A stretch of 24,712 nt of DNA from a virus (Duplodnaviria > Caudoviricetes): positions 1 to 24,712 of IMG/VR virus record IMGVR_UViG_3300043681_000002, one strand, 5' to 3'. A program made the translations under genes and the position numbers. The notes below the pieces were generated by a model. It worked only from the letters and a program-made list of their open reading frames with translations, did not search any database and was not told the DNA's origin. Every line of letters begins with the position of its first letter. The stretch's first letter is position 1. Of the stretch, positions 1 to 8,396 are shown one piece after another.

Positions 1-409
1 TTTCACTGCCCATGAACACAGCCAACTCAGGCACACCGATGATCACCTTGCCTGCACCATGTTCCTTAGAACGCTCATGGATTATGAGATCAAGGTGTTC
101 AGGCGTCACGCGCGAGTCAACAAAGCCAATGGCATTGTCACCATCATACAGATCACGCACCAAGCTGAGCGCGGTGTTGACACTCGTGGTCTTGCGTGGC
201 TTACCGCTATCACCTACGAGTATAAGATACATGTTCAAGTAAACAGGCGCTCGCGGGCGTGCGACGACTGTGTTCCGCCCGCACGCACATGCGATTGACC
301 ATAGCGCGCACCAGAAATCATAGGCGTGTGCAGTTTCTTGCGTAGCCATATAGCGCAAGTAATGCGCTATATAACTATTCGCAGGAACTTGGTCGTAGTA
401 TGGATTCAC
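1..409 (-). CDS. DUF3987/YfjI-like P-loop ATPase (putative replicative helicase/primase-associated), truncated at window edge
   Basis: Not in the ORF track; translated by hand from GTG at 409 (GTGA overlap with HNH stop): [20 protein letters not shown]...[14 protein letters not shown]...[20 protein letters not shown]..., open to position 1. The LILVGxSGxxRKTT P-loop variant fits DUF3987. Confidence 0.7.
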   Translation of the reverse strand, partial: MNPYYDQVPANSYIAHYLRYMATQETAHAYDFWCALWSIACACGRNTVVARPRAPVYLNMYLILVGDSGKPRKTTSVNTALSLVRDLYDGDNAIGFVDSRVTPEHLDLIIHERSKEHGAGKVIIGVPELAVFMGSE

Positions 410-870
410 GGAAAGTTTAGCAGTGCAAATTCCCCATGGCATTCTCTTGCTGCTGCATCATAAGCACGTGCAGCTTCCTCTGCTGTATCGAATAAGCCAA
501 GGTTCTTCCTTACCTTGTCTACACTTATACGTGCTTGCCATCTACCACGCATGTCAGTAACACCACGATAGCCAGAACCATACTCGGTCTGTGGTTTGAA
601 TGCATGGATATTATTCTGGGAATATGTTGCTAGTCGTAGATTACTGCGCACATTGTACAGACCATCACCATTCGCATGGTCTATCTTCATCTCCGGTGGT
701 GCCTGTAAAATCACACGATGCATTACAAGATTTGGCTGCTTCCATCGTCCGCTGTGCGCATACCAAACATCGTGTATCTTGTGTGCATACCATGAATAAG
801 GAGCAACTAGGTGGTAGTCCTCATCATCAATGGTTGCAAACTTGTCCTGTGTTAATGGTATCCTTATCAT
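406..870 (-). CDS. HNH homing endonuclease with C-terminal AP2 DNA-binding domain
   Basis: MHRVIL...[20 protein letters not shown] (HNH_3) then GYRGV...WQARI...[18 protein letters not shown]...HGEFALLNF (AP2). ATG at 870 overlaps the polymerase stop (ATGA); the track start is 894. Confidence 0.93.
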   Translation of the reverse strand: MIRIPLTQDKFATIDDEDYHLVAPYSWYAHKIHDVWYAHSGRWKQPNLVMHRVILQAPPEMKIDHANGDGLYNVRSNLRLATYSQNNIHAFKPQTEYGSGYRGVTDMRGRWQARISVDKVRKNLGLFDTAEEAARAYDAAARECHGEFALLNFP

Positions 871-3368
871 TTTATTTTCCTGATCGTGGACCAACGATGA
901 ACACCTTGTTCATCAGGGACGGACACTCCCATTTCTGCTGGCACGATCAGTTCCGTGGGGGCGTCAATCCCACGGAGTCTATTCTGAACTGAATTGATAT
1001 ACAATGGCTGCTCAGCATACTTGCGCATGATCGCGCGCACCGCTGGTCCGTCCTCATGGCGATTGATGGCTATGTTGGCATCGTGCACATTGATTAAGAT
1101 ACGCGCGGATGGAGGCCACTCAGGGTCTTGGTGACATTTGTAGATTACGCCTGACGTATGATCTCCATTCAGGCTTTGTGGTTCGAATGCTACGATCGAC
1201 TCTAGAGCGGCATCGTCCCATCGCTCCATAAGGAGCCATCGTCGTCCTGCGGCAGTTGTAATAGCACGGTCCCTGCGCACGAGTTCAACCAGGTCATCCC
1301 ACCACAGTTGGATTTGTGGGGTTGCCATGTGGTATAGCCGATACGCTTGTTCAGCTTCGACAGGTGCGAGGCCAGTGACGGTGGCGAGTTTGTCTGCTGC
1401 CATGCGGTAGTTAAGCCCGTGCCTGCATCGCTTTGCGATAAAGCGAATGGTAGGTAGACCTCCTCCGTCTCGGTCGTTGTGCGGAACTTGCTCATAGGGC
1501 ACCTTGAACATCTCTGCGGCTAACGCACAATGCGCATCATATGTTCCAGGATGCAAGCGTGCATTCTCGAATTGCTCCAACCACTTAGGTATGTGTGCCA
1601 GTGCAGCCACAATCCGTGCTTCTATTTGCGACATGTCATAGTAGCTGAACTCCCAACCAGTGGGTGCGACAAACATGTTCTTGGCTTGTTCTGGAATGTT
1701 CTGCATGTTCAGCCCGGTTTGCCATGGCGTCTGGCTACTAGACAACCGACCGGGTGCCGACGCTACTCCTGTTTGCTTGTAGGTGCAGCGCCATCTACCG
1801 TCGTCGTCGGCGGTTGCGTTGATGTAGGTAGAGACGAATTTGGATTGGGATAGGTAGTCATCAATGGCTTCGATAAGGCTGCGAGCGTCTGGCCTTGTTC
1901 TTGGATGTTTCTTAATACGATCTCGATTTTCTTTATCTGTACTTGTTCCTCGTCCGACCAAGCCAAGGTCATTAAAGAAGAGCTTAGCAAGCTGTTGATG
2001 ACTTCGTGGATTAAACTCATAGCTGCCATCGCCAAGTGCCTCACGTGCCTTGCTTTGGCATAGTTCATTTGCTTCAACGAGTCCTCGCTCAAGTCGTTCG
2101 CTGAGTTCGGATTTGAGTCGCTCATCTACTTGCACTCCATTGATTGTCATCTCTACGAGTTCAGGTTGCAGACGCATCACATGATTGTGGAACCGATCAT
2201 GTTGTCCACTAGCCAACAACTCCTGCTCCATCTTCTCAGCAGCTATTCGTGTGATACAACAGTCCTTGACATTGTATTCCCAGAATGCATCTATGTCTCC
2301 TTCCTCCTTCCATAATTTGCCTTCGTCCTTGTAATGCGGGTGGTCTGTATACTGAGCCGTGATGAAGCCAAGGTCGTGCGGTAAGCCGGGATATAGAAAA
2401 TGGTGTGCGAGCATCGTGTCGAACCAATGCGGGTTGACACGGATACGATCCTTGAACCATAACCACGTGGCATCATAATGGCCGTTCTGTGCCACAAGCT
2501 GCGTTCTTGGGTTAGCCAAAAGCGATTGTACTTCAAGTCTGATGTCACGTTCTTGTTGCACAGAGTAGTGATTCTCCCCTTGGCTACGAAAGTTAATACA
2601 AATCCCGATACTATTGGTAGGCGCGAAGCCAATACATGCTGTCTCACCAGCCATCGTCTCGATGTCGTAGGCAATCGGTTGATCAAGTGACGATGCATAT
2701 CGTATGAAATCGAACGTCTCACTAACGGTTGGATTGATAAGACATTCGATATGCGGAACACTAAACACTCCATCGCGTAGACGTTGCAGCTTACCCAGGT
2801 CCATGCGGAACACGACTTCCATCCGTGGTTCGCGCATAACATGTGCAGGATTGAACGTGCACAACACCTGGATGACCCGGCCACCTATAACCAAAGGGAA
2901 GACACTCCCCCGTTTGTCGGTTATACCAGTGATGCCGACCAAAGCCTCCAGCGCGTAGTTCCCTAGTGCAACTACGAACTTCAAGTTTGGGAGACGACTC
3001 AGTTCCTCCTGTAGTATGTGTTGCCATATCACCCTCTCGGTTTTGGGAATGGTTTGCTTCTCTTTCTTAGGTGCCAACTCATGGGCACCAGCACTACTCA
3101 CTAGCTTCCGCTTGATCACGTTAGTAATGAATACATCATTCCTGCCTAGCTTGTTCTTGCGTAGAATGTTCCACAAGTAGTGACCTGATCCACCGATCAG
3201 CGGCATACGCTGCTGCACCTCACGATCACCGGGTGCTTCAGCAACAATGGCAATCTCGCTATTAAGATTACCACCACAGCCACAGTCAAACTCGAAGCCC
3301 GCACCATTGACCAAAGCCCTGAGTTCGCTGTTGGCCTCGGCAATGTTCTTGAAAGGTTCTATCATCAT
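867..3368 (-). CDS. polA: Family A DNA polymerase with N-terminal family-4 uracil-DNA-glycosylase-like domain and 3'-5' exonuclease
   Basis: UDG-like AEAPG/FITNVIK/TFNPAH; ExoI YDIET, ExoII QNGHYD, ExoIII YNVKD; GRLSS, NMQNIP, motif A DMSQIEAR, motif [14 protein letters not shown], motif C NVHD. Confidence 0.95.
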   Translation of the reverse strand: MMIEPFKNIAEANSELRALVNGAGFEFDCGCGGNLNSEIAIVAEAPGDREVQQRMPLIGGSGHYLWNILRKNKLGRNDVFITNVIKRKLVSSAGAHELAPKKEKQTIPKTERVIWQHILQEELSRLPNLKFVVALGNYALEALVGITGITDKRGSVFPLVIGGRVIQVLCTFNPAHVMREPRMEVVFRMDLGKLQRLRDGVFSVPHIECLINPTVSETFDFIRYASSLDQPIAYDIETMAGETACIGFAPTNSIGICINFRSQGENHYSVQQERDIRLEVQSLLANPRTQLVAQNGHYDATWLWFKDRIRVNPHWFDTMLAHHFLYPGLPHDLGFITAQYTDHPHYKDEGKLWKEEGDIDAFWEYNVKDCCITRIAAEKMEQELLASGQHDRFHNHVMRLQPELVEMTINGVQVDERLKSELSERLERGLVEANELCQSKAREALGDGSYEFNPRSHQQLAKLFFNDLGLVGRGTSTDKENRDRIKKHPRTRPDARSLIEAIDDYLSQSKFVSTYINATADDDGRWRCTYKQTGVASAPGRLSSSQTPWQTGLNMQNIPEQAKNMFVAPTGWEFSYYDMSQIEARIVAALAHIPKWLEQFENARLHPGTYDAHCALAAEMFKVPYEQVPHNDRDGGGLPTIRFIAKRCRHGLNYRMAADKLATVTGLAPVEAEQAYRLYHMATPQIQLWWDDLVELVRRDRAITTAAGRRWLLMERWDDAALESIVAFEPQSLNGDHTSGVIYKCHQDPEWPPSARILINVHDANIAINRHEDGPAVRAIMRKYAEQPLYINSVQNRLRGIDAPTELIVPAEMGVSVPDEQGVHRWSTIRKIK

Positions 3369-3373
3369 GTCGA

Positions 3374-3475
3374 TTACAACCTATGGTTTGTTGACAAGAA
3401 ATGGATTGCATCGATATAATATCTCTTCCTTATCCCGCCTACCTGGGATGTTATGCGTTCACGTTGTGTTCTCAT
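3374..3475 (-). CDS. 33-aa small ORF (putative leader peptide of the polymerase)
   Basis: Hand-translated MRTQRERITSQVGGIRKRYYIDAIHFLSTNHRL*; strong SD (TAAGGAG) 6 nt upstream of ATG; fills the helicase-polymerase gap and stops 5 nt before the pol ATG. Confidence 0.6.
   Translation of the reverse strand: MRTQRERITSQVGGIRKRYYIDAIHFLSTNHRL
3391..3420 (+). promoter_or_regulatory. Antisense sigma70-type promoter
   Basis: TTGACA (3391-3396), 18 nt, TATAAT (3415-3420): both hexamers perfect, opposite to all flanking genes. Confidence 0.7.
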
Positions 3476-3491
3476 GGGGTTCTCCTTATTA

Positions 3492-4802
3492 TTAGCCTAC
3501 GTATTTAGTACTTTTCGACAATGACTGCATGTCGGTAAAGACTGTGCACATCTCCCGTGCCCTAGTCACAGCAGTATAGAAGTTACGACGTGATTGTCCC
3601 CATAGTGTGGCCTTATTAATTACATACGCGACATGCTTATACTCAGAGCCCTGACACTTATGTGTAGTCAGCACATAGGCATGATCGATATTCCTACGTG
3701 GATCACCTTCTATCACACGACCATCTTGGTATACTGTCACCACGATAGGCGGAATGATCACAGTGCGATCACCGAAATCAACCTCAACTGAGCCTTCCTC
3801 ATAGTTGATGTTGATCACCTTACCCACTTCACCATTGAATGCATACGCTTGTCCATCACCACTTAGGTCATAGCTGTTTGCAGTATACACTACCTTACTA
3901 CCCACCTGCACACGGATAGGTGGCTGCTGCACATTACCAATACGATACCGTGGTAGTTCAATGAACGGACGTGCACGATCCCAGAACATAGATTGTAGAA
4001 CAGTGTTCAACTTCTGTGTGCCTATCCAACTCTTGTTCATACACGTGATGATCTGGTGTTCGTTGTCGCTATAGTCGTGACCATCACCAAGTGATACTTC
4101 GACAAACTCCTGTATGGCACGCACGGGATTGTCGGTTTGCTTCAGAGCGAAGTCATTAGCAGCGCGCGGCATCCTACCCTGTAGGATCAGTGCACCATTG
4201 TTCGCAATGCCACTGCCTTCATCCTGTCGGTGATTTGTATTCAACACAATACCACCAAACTTCTCCAATGCAGCCATGAATGCAGACGGTTGATCGTTCA
4301 ACCGCTTGTCTTCTTCAATCGGCTTCAACTGATTCACGTCACCGAATACACACAGCCGAGCACCGCTCTTCAGTGCATTGATCAGTGAGCGGTGGATGTC
4401 CTGGTTCACCATGGCATACTCATCACACAGGATGGTGTCGTATGGTAATGGCTTAGCGCGGTCGAACTTCGGACCAGTGCTGACTTGCACAGTCTTGCGT
4501 TCACCCGTCTTCTCGTCATCCACCTCCAGGTCTACTGGCATACCGAAGCCAAGCATACGGTGGTTGGTCATGGCATCGAGGCCAGTGATCTCGCGGATAC
4601 GCTTAGCGGCTTTGCCTGTGGGAGCACTGGTCTGCACACTGTAGCCCATCTCACTCAATCGATCCGATACCTCACGGATGATCAGTGTCTTACCAGTACC
4701 GGCTCTGCCTGTTACAGCGACGATGCGCTTAGTTACATCACAGCAAACATCGATAGCCTTCTGCTGCATGTCGTCGAACACGACTGCATTGGTTGCGTCC
4801 AT
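3492..4802 (-). CDS. RecD/Dda-like superfamily 1B DNA helicase
   Basis: GRAGTGKT, SAPTGKAA, CDEYAMV, GDVNQL, NHRQ, AYVLTTHKCQGSEY, YTAVTRAR. Start taken at the second ATG (AAGGA SD); the track start is 4811. Confidence 0.93.
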   Translation of the reverse strand: MDATNAVVFDDMQQKAIDVCCDVTKRIVAVTGRAGTGKTLIIREVSDRLSEMGYSVQTSAPTGKAAKRIREITGLDAMTNHRMLGFGMPVDLEVDDEKTGERKTVQVSTGPKFDRAKPLPYDTILCDEYAMVNQDIHRSLINALKSGARLCVFGDVNQLKPIEEDKRLNDQPSAFMAALEKFGGIVLNTNHRQDEGSGIANNGALILQGRMPRAANDFALKQTDNPVRAIQEFVEVSLGDGHDYSDNEHQIITCMNKSWIGTQKLNTVLQSMFWDRARPFIELPRYRIGNVQQPPIRVQVGSKVVYTANSYDLSGDGQAYAFNGEVGKVININYEEGSVEVDFGDRTVIIPPIVVTVYQDGRVIEGDPRRNIDHAYVLTTHKCQGSEYKHVAYVINKATLWGQSRRNFYTAVTRAREMCTVFTDMQSLSKSTKYVG

Positions 4803-4832
4803 CTTGTGCATTCCTTGTATACCAAACCTTGG

Positions 4833-4874
4833 AGAAGAAGGCGCACCGCTACATGATAGCGATGCGCTTATTCT
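4833..4874 (-). terminator. Putative intrinsic terminator/attenuator hairpin
   Basis: Minus strand GCGCATCGCTA-TCATG-TAGCGGTGCGC (one G.U) followed by CTTCTTCT, right after a stop codon; U-tract weak. Confidence 0.5.
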
Positions 4875-5144
4875 TTACTCAGCAGCAGCCTTCATCGGCG
4901 TGCCAGGACGTGACACGGGAACGATGCCACGCAAGTAGAATGCGTGTGGATAGTCCTCATTGTCCATCAGTTCCATGATGGCTTCGGCATTACGCTCCAC
5001 CTTCACAAGACGGATACGTGACTTGTCGAAGTGAGTAGGCTCACCGTTGTCATCCAACACTTGGATGACAAAGAACGCGGGCTTAGCTACGCTCGCACTG
5101 CGCTTGCGCTTACGCTTGGCAGGGGCTTCGGTTGTCTCAGACAT
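4875..5144 (-). CDS. Hypothetical protein (89 aa, basic N-terminus)
   Basis: AGGAG SD before MSETTEAPAKRKRKRS; the longer track start (5237) runs through an intergenic hairpin. Confidence 0.75.
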   Translation of the reverse strand: MSETTEAPAKRKRKRSASVAKPAFFVIQVLDDNGEPTHFDKSRIRLVKVERNAEAIMELMDNEDYPHAFYLRGIVPVSRPGTPMKAAAE

Positions 5145-5182
5145 ATTCAACTCCTGTTGGTTTGGTAACAGATGATATATAT

Positions 5183-5234
5183 GACATCCGGTCACATGAC
5201 GCAACCCAAATATCCATCCATGTGACCGGATATC
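5183..5234 (-). other. Long intergenic hairpin
   Basis: Perfect 13-bp inverted repeat ATCCGGTCACATG (5186-5198)/CATGTGACCGGAT (5219-5231), extendable to about 20 bp with G.U pairs on the minus strand. Confidence 0.7.
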
Positions 5235-5241
5235 CACCTAA

Positions 5242-5655
5242 CTAAGCAGCGAGGATACGTGAAATCTGCACGCTTGGTTCGTCACGGAACTGGTTCGGTG
5301 GCTGATGTGTCAAGTCAACCATCGCGGTCAATCCAATGAGCGAGTTGAGATCAACGGTGCGACCAAGCGGACCACCAACCTTCTCCAAGAACACACGCCA
5401 GCGGTGCTTGTTCTGCGGTGTGTCTTCCGTGCGCAGGAAGTTGTAGTAAACAATGACACCATCGGGATCACCATCAGTGAAGTCAGCAGGATAGGACTCC
5501 GCATTGATACGGAATACAATCTGTGCATACTCACCAGCATTACCCTGCTTCTTAATCGCACCGATAATCTCAGCGGGATACGGACCTACGGGAAGCAACG
5601 GTGGCGGCGGTGCATTGGTGATGTCATCGCTGAATGACAGAATGCTTTCAGACAT
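5242..5655 (-). CDS. DUF669-like single-stranded DNA-binding protein
   Basis: LLPVGPYPAEII N-terminus and DLNSLIGLTAMVDL C-terminus typical of this OB-fold type; located after a Sak4-like gene; AAGGAGG SD. Confidence 0.65.
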   Translation of the reverse strand: MSESILSFSDDITNAPPPPLLPVGPYPAEIIGAIKKQGNAGEYAQIVFRINAESYPADFTDGDPDGVIVYYNFLRTEDTPQNKHRWRVFLEKVGGPLGRTVDLNSLIGLTAMVDLTHQPPNQFRDEPSVQISRILAA

Positions 5656-5759
5656 TTGGGCTTGCCCTCCTTGGGCAGATGTACTACATATGAGAGATCA
5701 AACACGCCTCATGCGAGTCATGTTCGGTTGGTTTGTCTTGTTCACACTTGTGCAACTAT

Positions 5760-5792
5760 TAGGCTGCTGTGCAAACGGCAGCCTACTTTTTT
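5760..5792 (+). terminator. Intrinsic terminator in antisense orientation
   Basis: TAGGCTGCTGT-GCAA-ACGGCAGCCTA-CTTTTTT: the 11-bp stem's G.U pair, the GNRA loop and the U6 tract all work only on the plus strand. Confidence 0.65.
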
Positions 5793-6628
5793 ACTCCCTT
5801 GTTAGTGGTTACACGAACAGGTAACGGTAACTTCTTACCGCCTCCTGCCTGCCATGCTCTATACCAGTCGGCTATACCTTCGCCTTCACCAGTATCAGCA
5901 TCGTAATGCCATACGAACTCTGGATGAGTAGACACGAACATGCGTGTCTTCATTGGTGTCCAGAACCTACAAGTTCGCACGGCTATCCTACGCTCAGTGC
6001 CGATGTCTTCGAGATGCCATATCTCGTTGAAGCGCAAACCAACTTGGTTGGCTACGCTATTAGACAACGCCATCTTCACTGAACTAACTACACCATTAGG
6101 CAACTGTGTCTCTGGTCCCTCATGTGTGATGAGGATCAGATGACGTTTGTGTTGTGCACACATACGCATGAGTGCAACCGTGACACGTAGCAATGATTGG
6201 TTGCGAAAGGCCCAACCATTCTGTCCTGGCTGCTCGAACGTGCTGGTTCCTCCTGCTCTTGTAACAGCCTCAGCTAGTGCAACATGTGCCAGCACAGTCA
6301 TACTATCGACAACGACGGTTTCGATATCAGGTCGTGCCTCTAGTATCTTACCCAATCCAAACGGATCAACAGCACGTAGCTGTGCCATGATGATAGCAGG
6401 TGCCGCACCTGTTACATTCAGCGTGCTGATATCATCACGACTAGCTAGTGATAGATCACCACCTGGATCGAACAGGATGAACAGCTTGCGTCCAGGTGCT
6501 GTAGCAGCAAGCGTTGTCTTGCCACTACCACTGTTGCCCCAGATCAACATGTTGAGCTGCATGTCCTGCACAGATGGAGATGAGATAACAAATCCACCTG
6601 CTGCAATCAGTGGCGGCTCTTCATCCAT
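5783..6628 (-). CDS. Sak4-like (AAA_24) recombinase/ATPase
   Basis: MLIWGNSGSGKTTLA Walker A, VVVDSMT Walker B, HLILITHE; context of nuclease and SSB genes. ATG at 6628 with AGGAG SD (track uses TTG at 6634). Confidence 0.85.
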   Translation of the reverse strand: MDEEPPLIAAGGFVISSPSVQDMQLNMLIWGNSGSGKTTLAATAPGRKLFILFDPGGDLSLASRDDISTLNVTGAAPAIIMAQLRAVDPFGLGKILEARPDIETVVVDSMTVLAHVALAEAVTRAGGTSTFEQPGQNGWAFRNQSLLRVTVALMRMCAQHKRHLILITHEGPETQLPNGVVSSVKMALSNSVANQVGLRFNEIWHLEDIGTERRIAVRTCRFWTPMKTRMFVSTHPEFVWHYDADTGEGEGIADWYRAWQAGGGKKLPLPVRVTTNKGVKK

Positions 6629-6786
6629 CAGCAATCTCCTGCATCAACCAACTCCTGTATAGATTTGTTATGCTCAATCAGCACAGCACAGATAACGATC
6701 AGTGCCTCACGTGTATCGTTATCCTCGATTATCTCAACCAGTTTGGTAAGGCTAAGCAATGCACGTTTGATTTGGATTTCATCCAT
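6628..6786 (-). CDS. Hypothetical protein (52 aa)
   Basis: AGGAG SD before MDEIQIKRAL; TGATG coupling to the next gene. Confidence 0.65.
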   Translation of the reverse strand: MDEIQIKRALLSLTKLVEIIEDNDTREALIVICAVLIEHNKSIQELVDAGDC

Positions 6787-6831
6787 TGTCTGCTCCTGTT
6801 TTGCTCGTGTCAATACCACAACATGTGGTGG

Positions 6832-7314
6832 TCAGATGGTGTCGGTTGATACCACCTGTAGATATTCATCACGTGCAGCCACAGCTTCAGCGAGTGTATG
6901 AAACTGTCCAAGATATATCCATCCCTTGTCTCGCCACACCGTGACCTTATACATGCCTGTGTTACGCAGTGTGATATTCCGTTCTCCTGTTTCACCAACC
7001 TGCCATGATCTATTCACCATGGACTGTGACTTATTCACATAGCGTAGATTGTCACGGCTGTTGTTCGTAACACATCTATTGATGTGATCGATCTCATCTC
7101 CTTCCCATATCGGATAACCAATGATCATGTGATGCAAGAACACACGTGGTCGTCGCCGATCAATGTCCACACTGAGTCGCGTATGTGGATAGCCATCATC
7201 GTTGATCGTCCATGTAAATTCTTCCAGCAACCATTGATCCTGTGCATCCACAATGATGTTACGTTCTGCTGCCAGAGCCAGTCTCCTTGCCTTACTGAAT
7301 GGTTCTCCCATCAT
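6832..7314 (-). CDS. HNH homing endonuclease with AP2-like C-terminus
   Basis: LHHMII...IDHINRCVTNNSRDNLRYV...YLGQFHTLAEAVAARD; ATGA overlap with the upstream stop. Confidence 0.9.
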   Translation of the reverse strand: MMGEPFSKARRLALAAERNIIVDAQDQWLLEEFTWTINDDGYPHTRLSVDIDRRRPRVFLHHMIIGYPIWEGDEIDHINRCVTNNSRDNLRYVNKSQSMVNRSWQVGETGERNITLRNTGMYKVTVWRDKGWIYLGQFHTLAEAVAARDEYLQVVSTDTI

Positions 7315-8396
7315 TCATTACCAATGCCATCAAGTATTGGTTTATCTAAGGGGCTCCATTCCTCGTGAGTCATTTCATCTACGATCTTGTGTTGTTCTTC
7401 GTCATCAGCATCGCAGAAGGGGATCATTGGGCATGGACGAAAATATCTATTACAGGAGTGTGTATATTTGGGCGCATCATAAGGGTTAAGCATGTAGCGT
7501 CGAGCAAGTTGAATAGTATGAACTAACCAGGATAACCAACGTGCGTAGTGATAGTCGTGACGGCGCACAACTTCTCTAACATAACCACCATAATCATAAG
7601 TCCTAGGTAAAGGGATAGCCAGACCAAGAATCTCAGCACTGTGCACCGGCTTCTGTATAAATGTTGAGGCAGCTATACAGTATCCTGTAATCTGATGACT
7701 CAATAAGAATGATTGTGCCCATGCATCACCAAGTCTGCTTGCGGTTTTATTATCGTGACAACACAACTCATTGTTCGTGTTGTAATGGATGCCATCGATC
7801 CGACCCGTTAAGCGGAAGACAGTATCACCGCTGATGTCTACCACAAGATCGAACGGTATCTCGATGCCGACATCCGAACATGGATCATTCACATCACGCA
7901 TCCATACAGGATGATCCCATCTCCACCTGTTCACGTATGCATAGATGCATTCCTCCAAGTTGCTTAACGTCCTGCGTTTGTCGCGTGGATCATCGAAGAA
8001 CCCACTCGTCTCCAACACTGCGAGTGCACCGACCTTAGCCACCTCAACATGATCACTACATGCATCGACTGACGTGTTGATATAATCCATACGCTCAGCA
8101 CCAAACAGTCGGTTGCCGTTGTAATCCCATAACTTATCCTGGAACTCAGGCCGACCCACATACTGTTGCATCAGCGATACCATGCGGATGAACGAGAAGC
8201 ATTCATGCATTGCACTGCCAGCCTCCAGTGCCATGGCTCTGCCCTCGGATGGCATAGACTTGTGCATCTGATACTTGAGTATGCCATACGTTGGACATGT
8301 GTTGATTGCGCTCAACTTGGTGTGATCATATGTCTCCAGTAGATAGTCGTCAGCAGTAGCGAGACGAAAGTTAGCGCGTAGGTTTTCCACGTCCAT
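7311..8396 (-). CDS. PD-(D/E)XK Cas4/AddB-like exonuclease, probable Fe-S cluster
   Basis: N-terminal TCP and GSAMHE, IEIPF, GRIDG, HDNKT, QITGY, C-terminal CNRYFRPCPMIPFC (1+3 Cys arrangement). Confidence 0.88.
   Translation of the reverse strand: MDVENLRANFRLATADDYLLETYDHTKLSAINTCPTYGILKYQMHKSMPSEGRAMALEAGSAMHECFSFIRMVSLMQQYVGRPEFQDKLWDYNGNRLFGAERMDYINTSVDACSDHVEVAKVGALAVLETSGFFDDPRDKRRTLSNLEECIYAYVNRWRWDHPVWMRDVNDPCSDVGIEIPFDLVVDISGDTVFRLTGRIDGIHYNTNNELCCHDNKTASRLGDAWAQSFLLSHQITGYCIAASTFIQKPVHSAEILGLAIPLPRTYDYGGYVREVVRRHDYHYARWLSWLVHTIQLARRYMLNPYDAPKYTHSCNRYFRPCPMIPFCDADDEEQHKIVDEMTHEEWSPLDKPILDGIGNE

Noticed and set aside
867-3368. Intron or intein in the polymerase
   Set aside because: Single continuous ORF whose length is explained by UDG, exonuclease and polymerase domains; no splicing motifs seen.
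867-3368. DpoZ/Z-genome or hmU-genome assignment
   Set aside because: No purZ, dATPase or hydroxymethylase gene in the window; the motif changes alone are not diagnostic.
7311-8396. Cas4-like gene as evidence of a CRISPR-Cas system
   Set aside because: No repeat-spacer array or other cas genes seen; the context is a phage recombination module.
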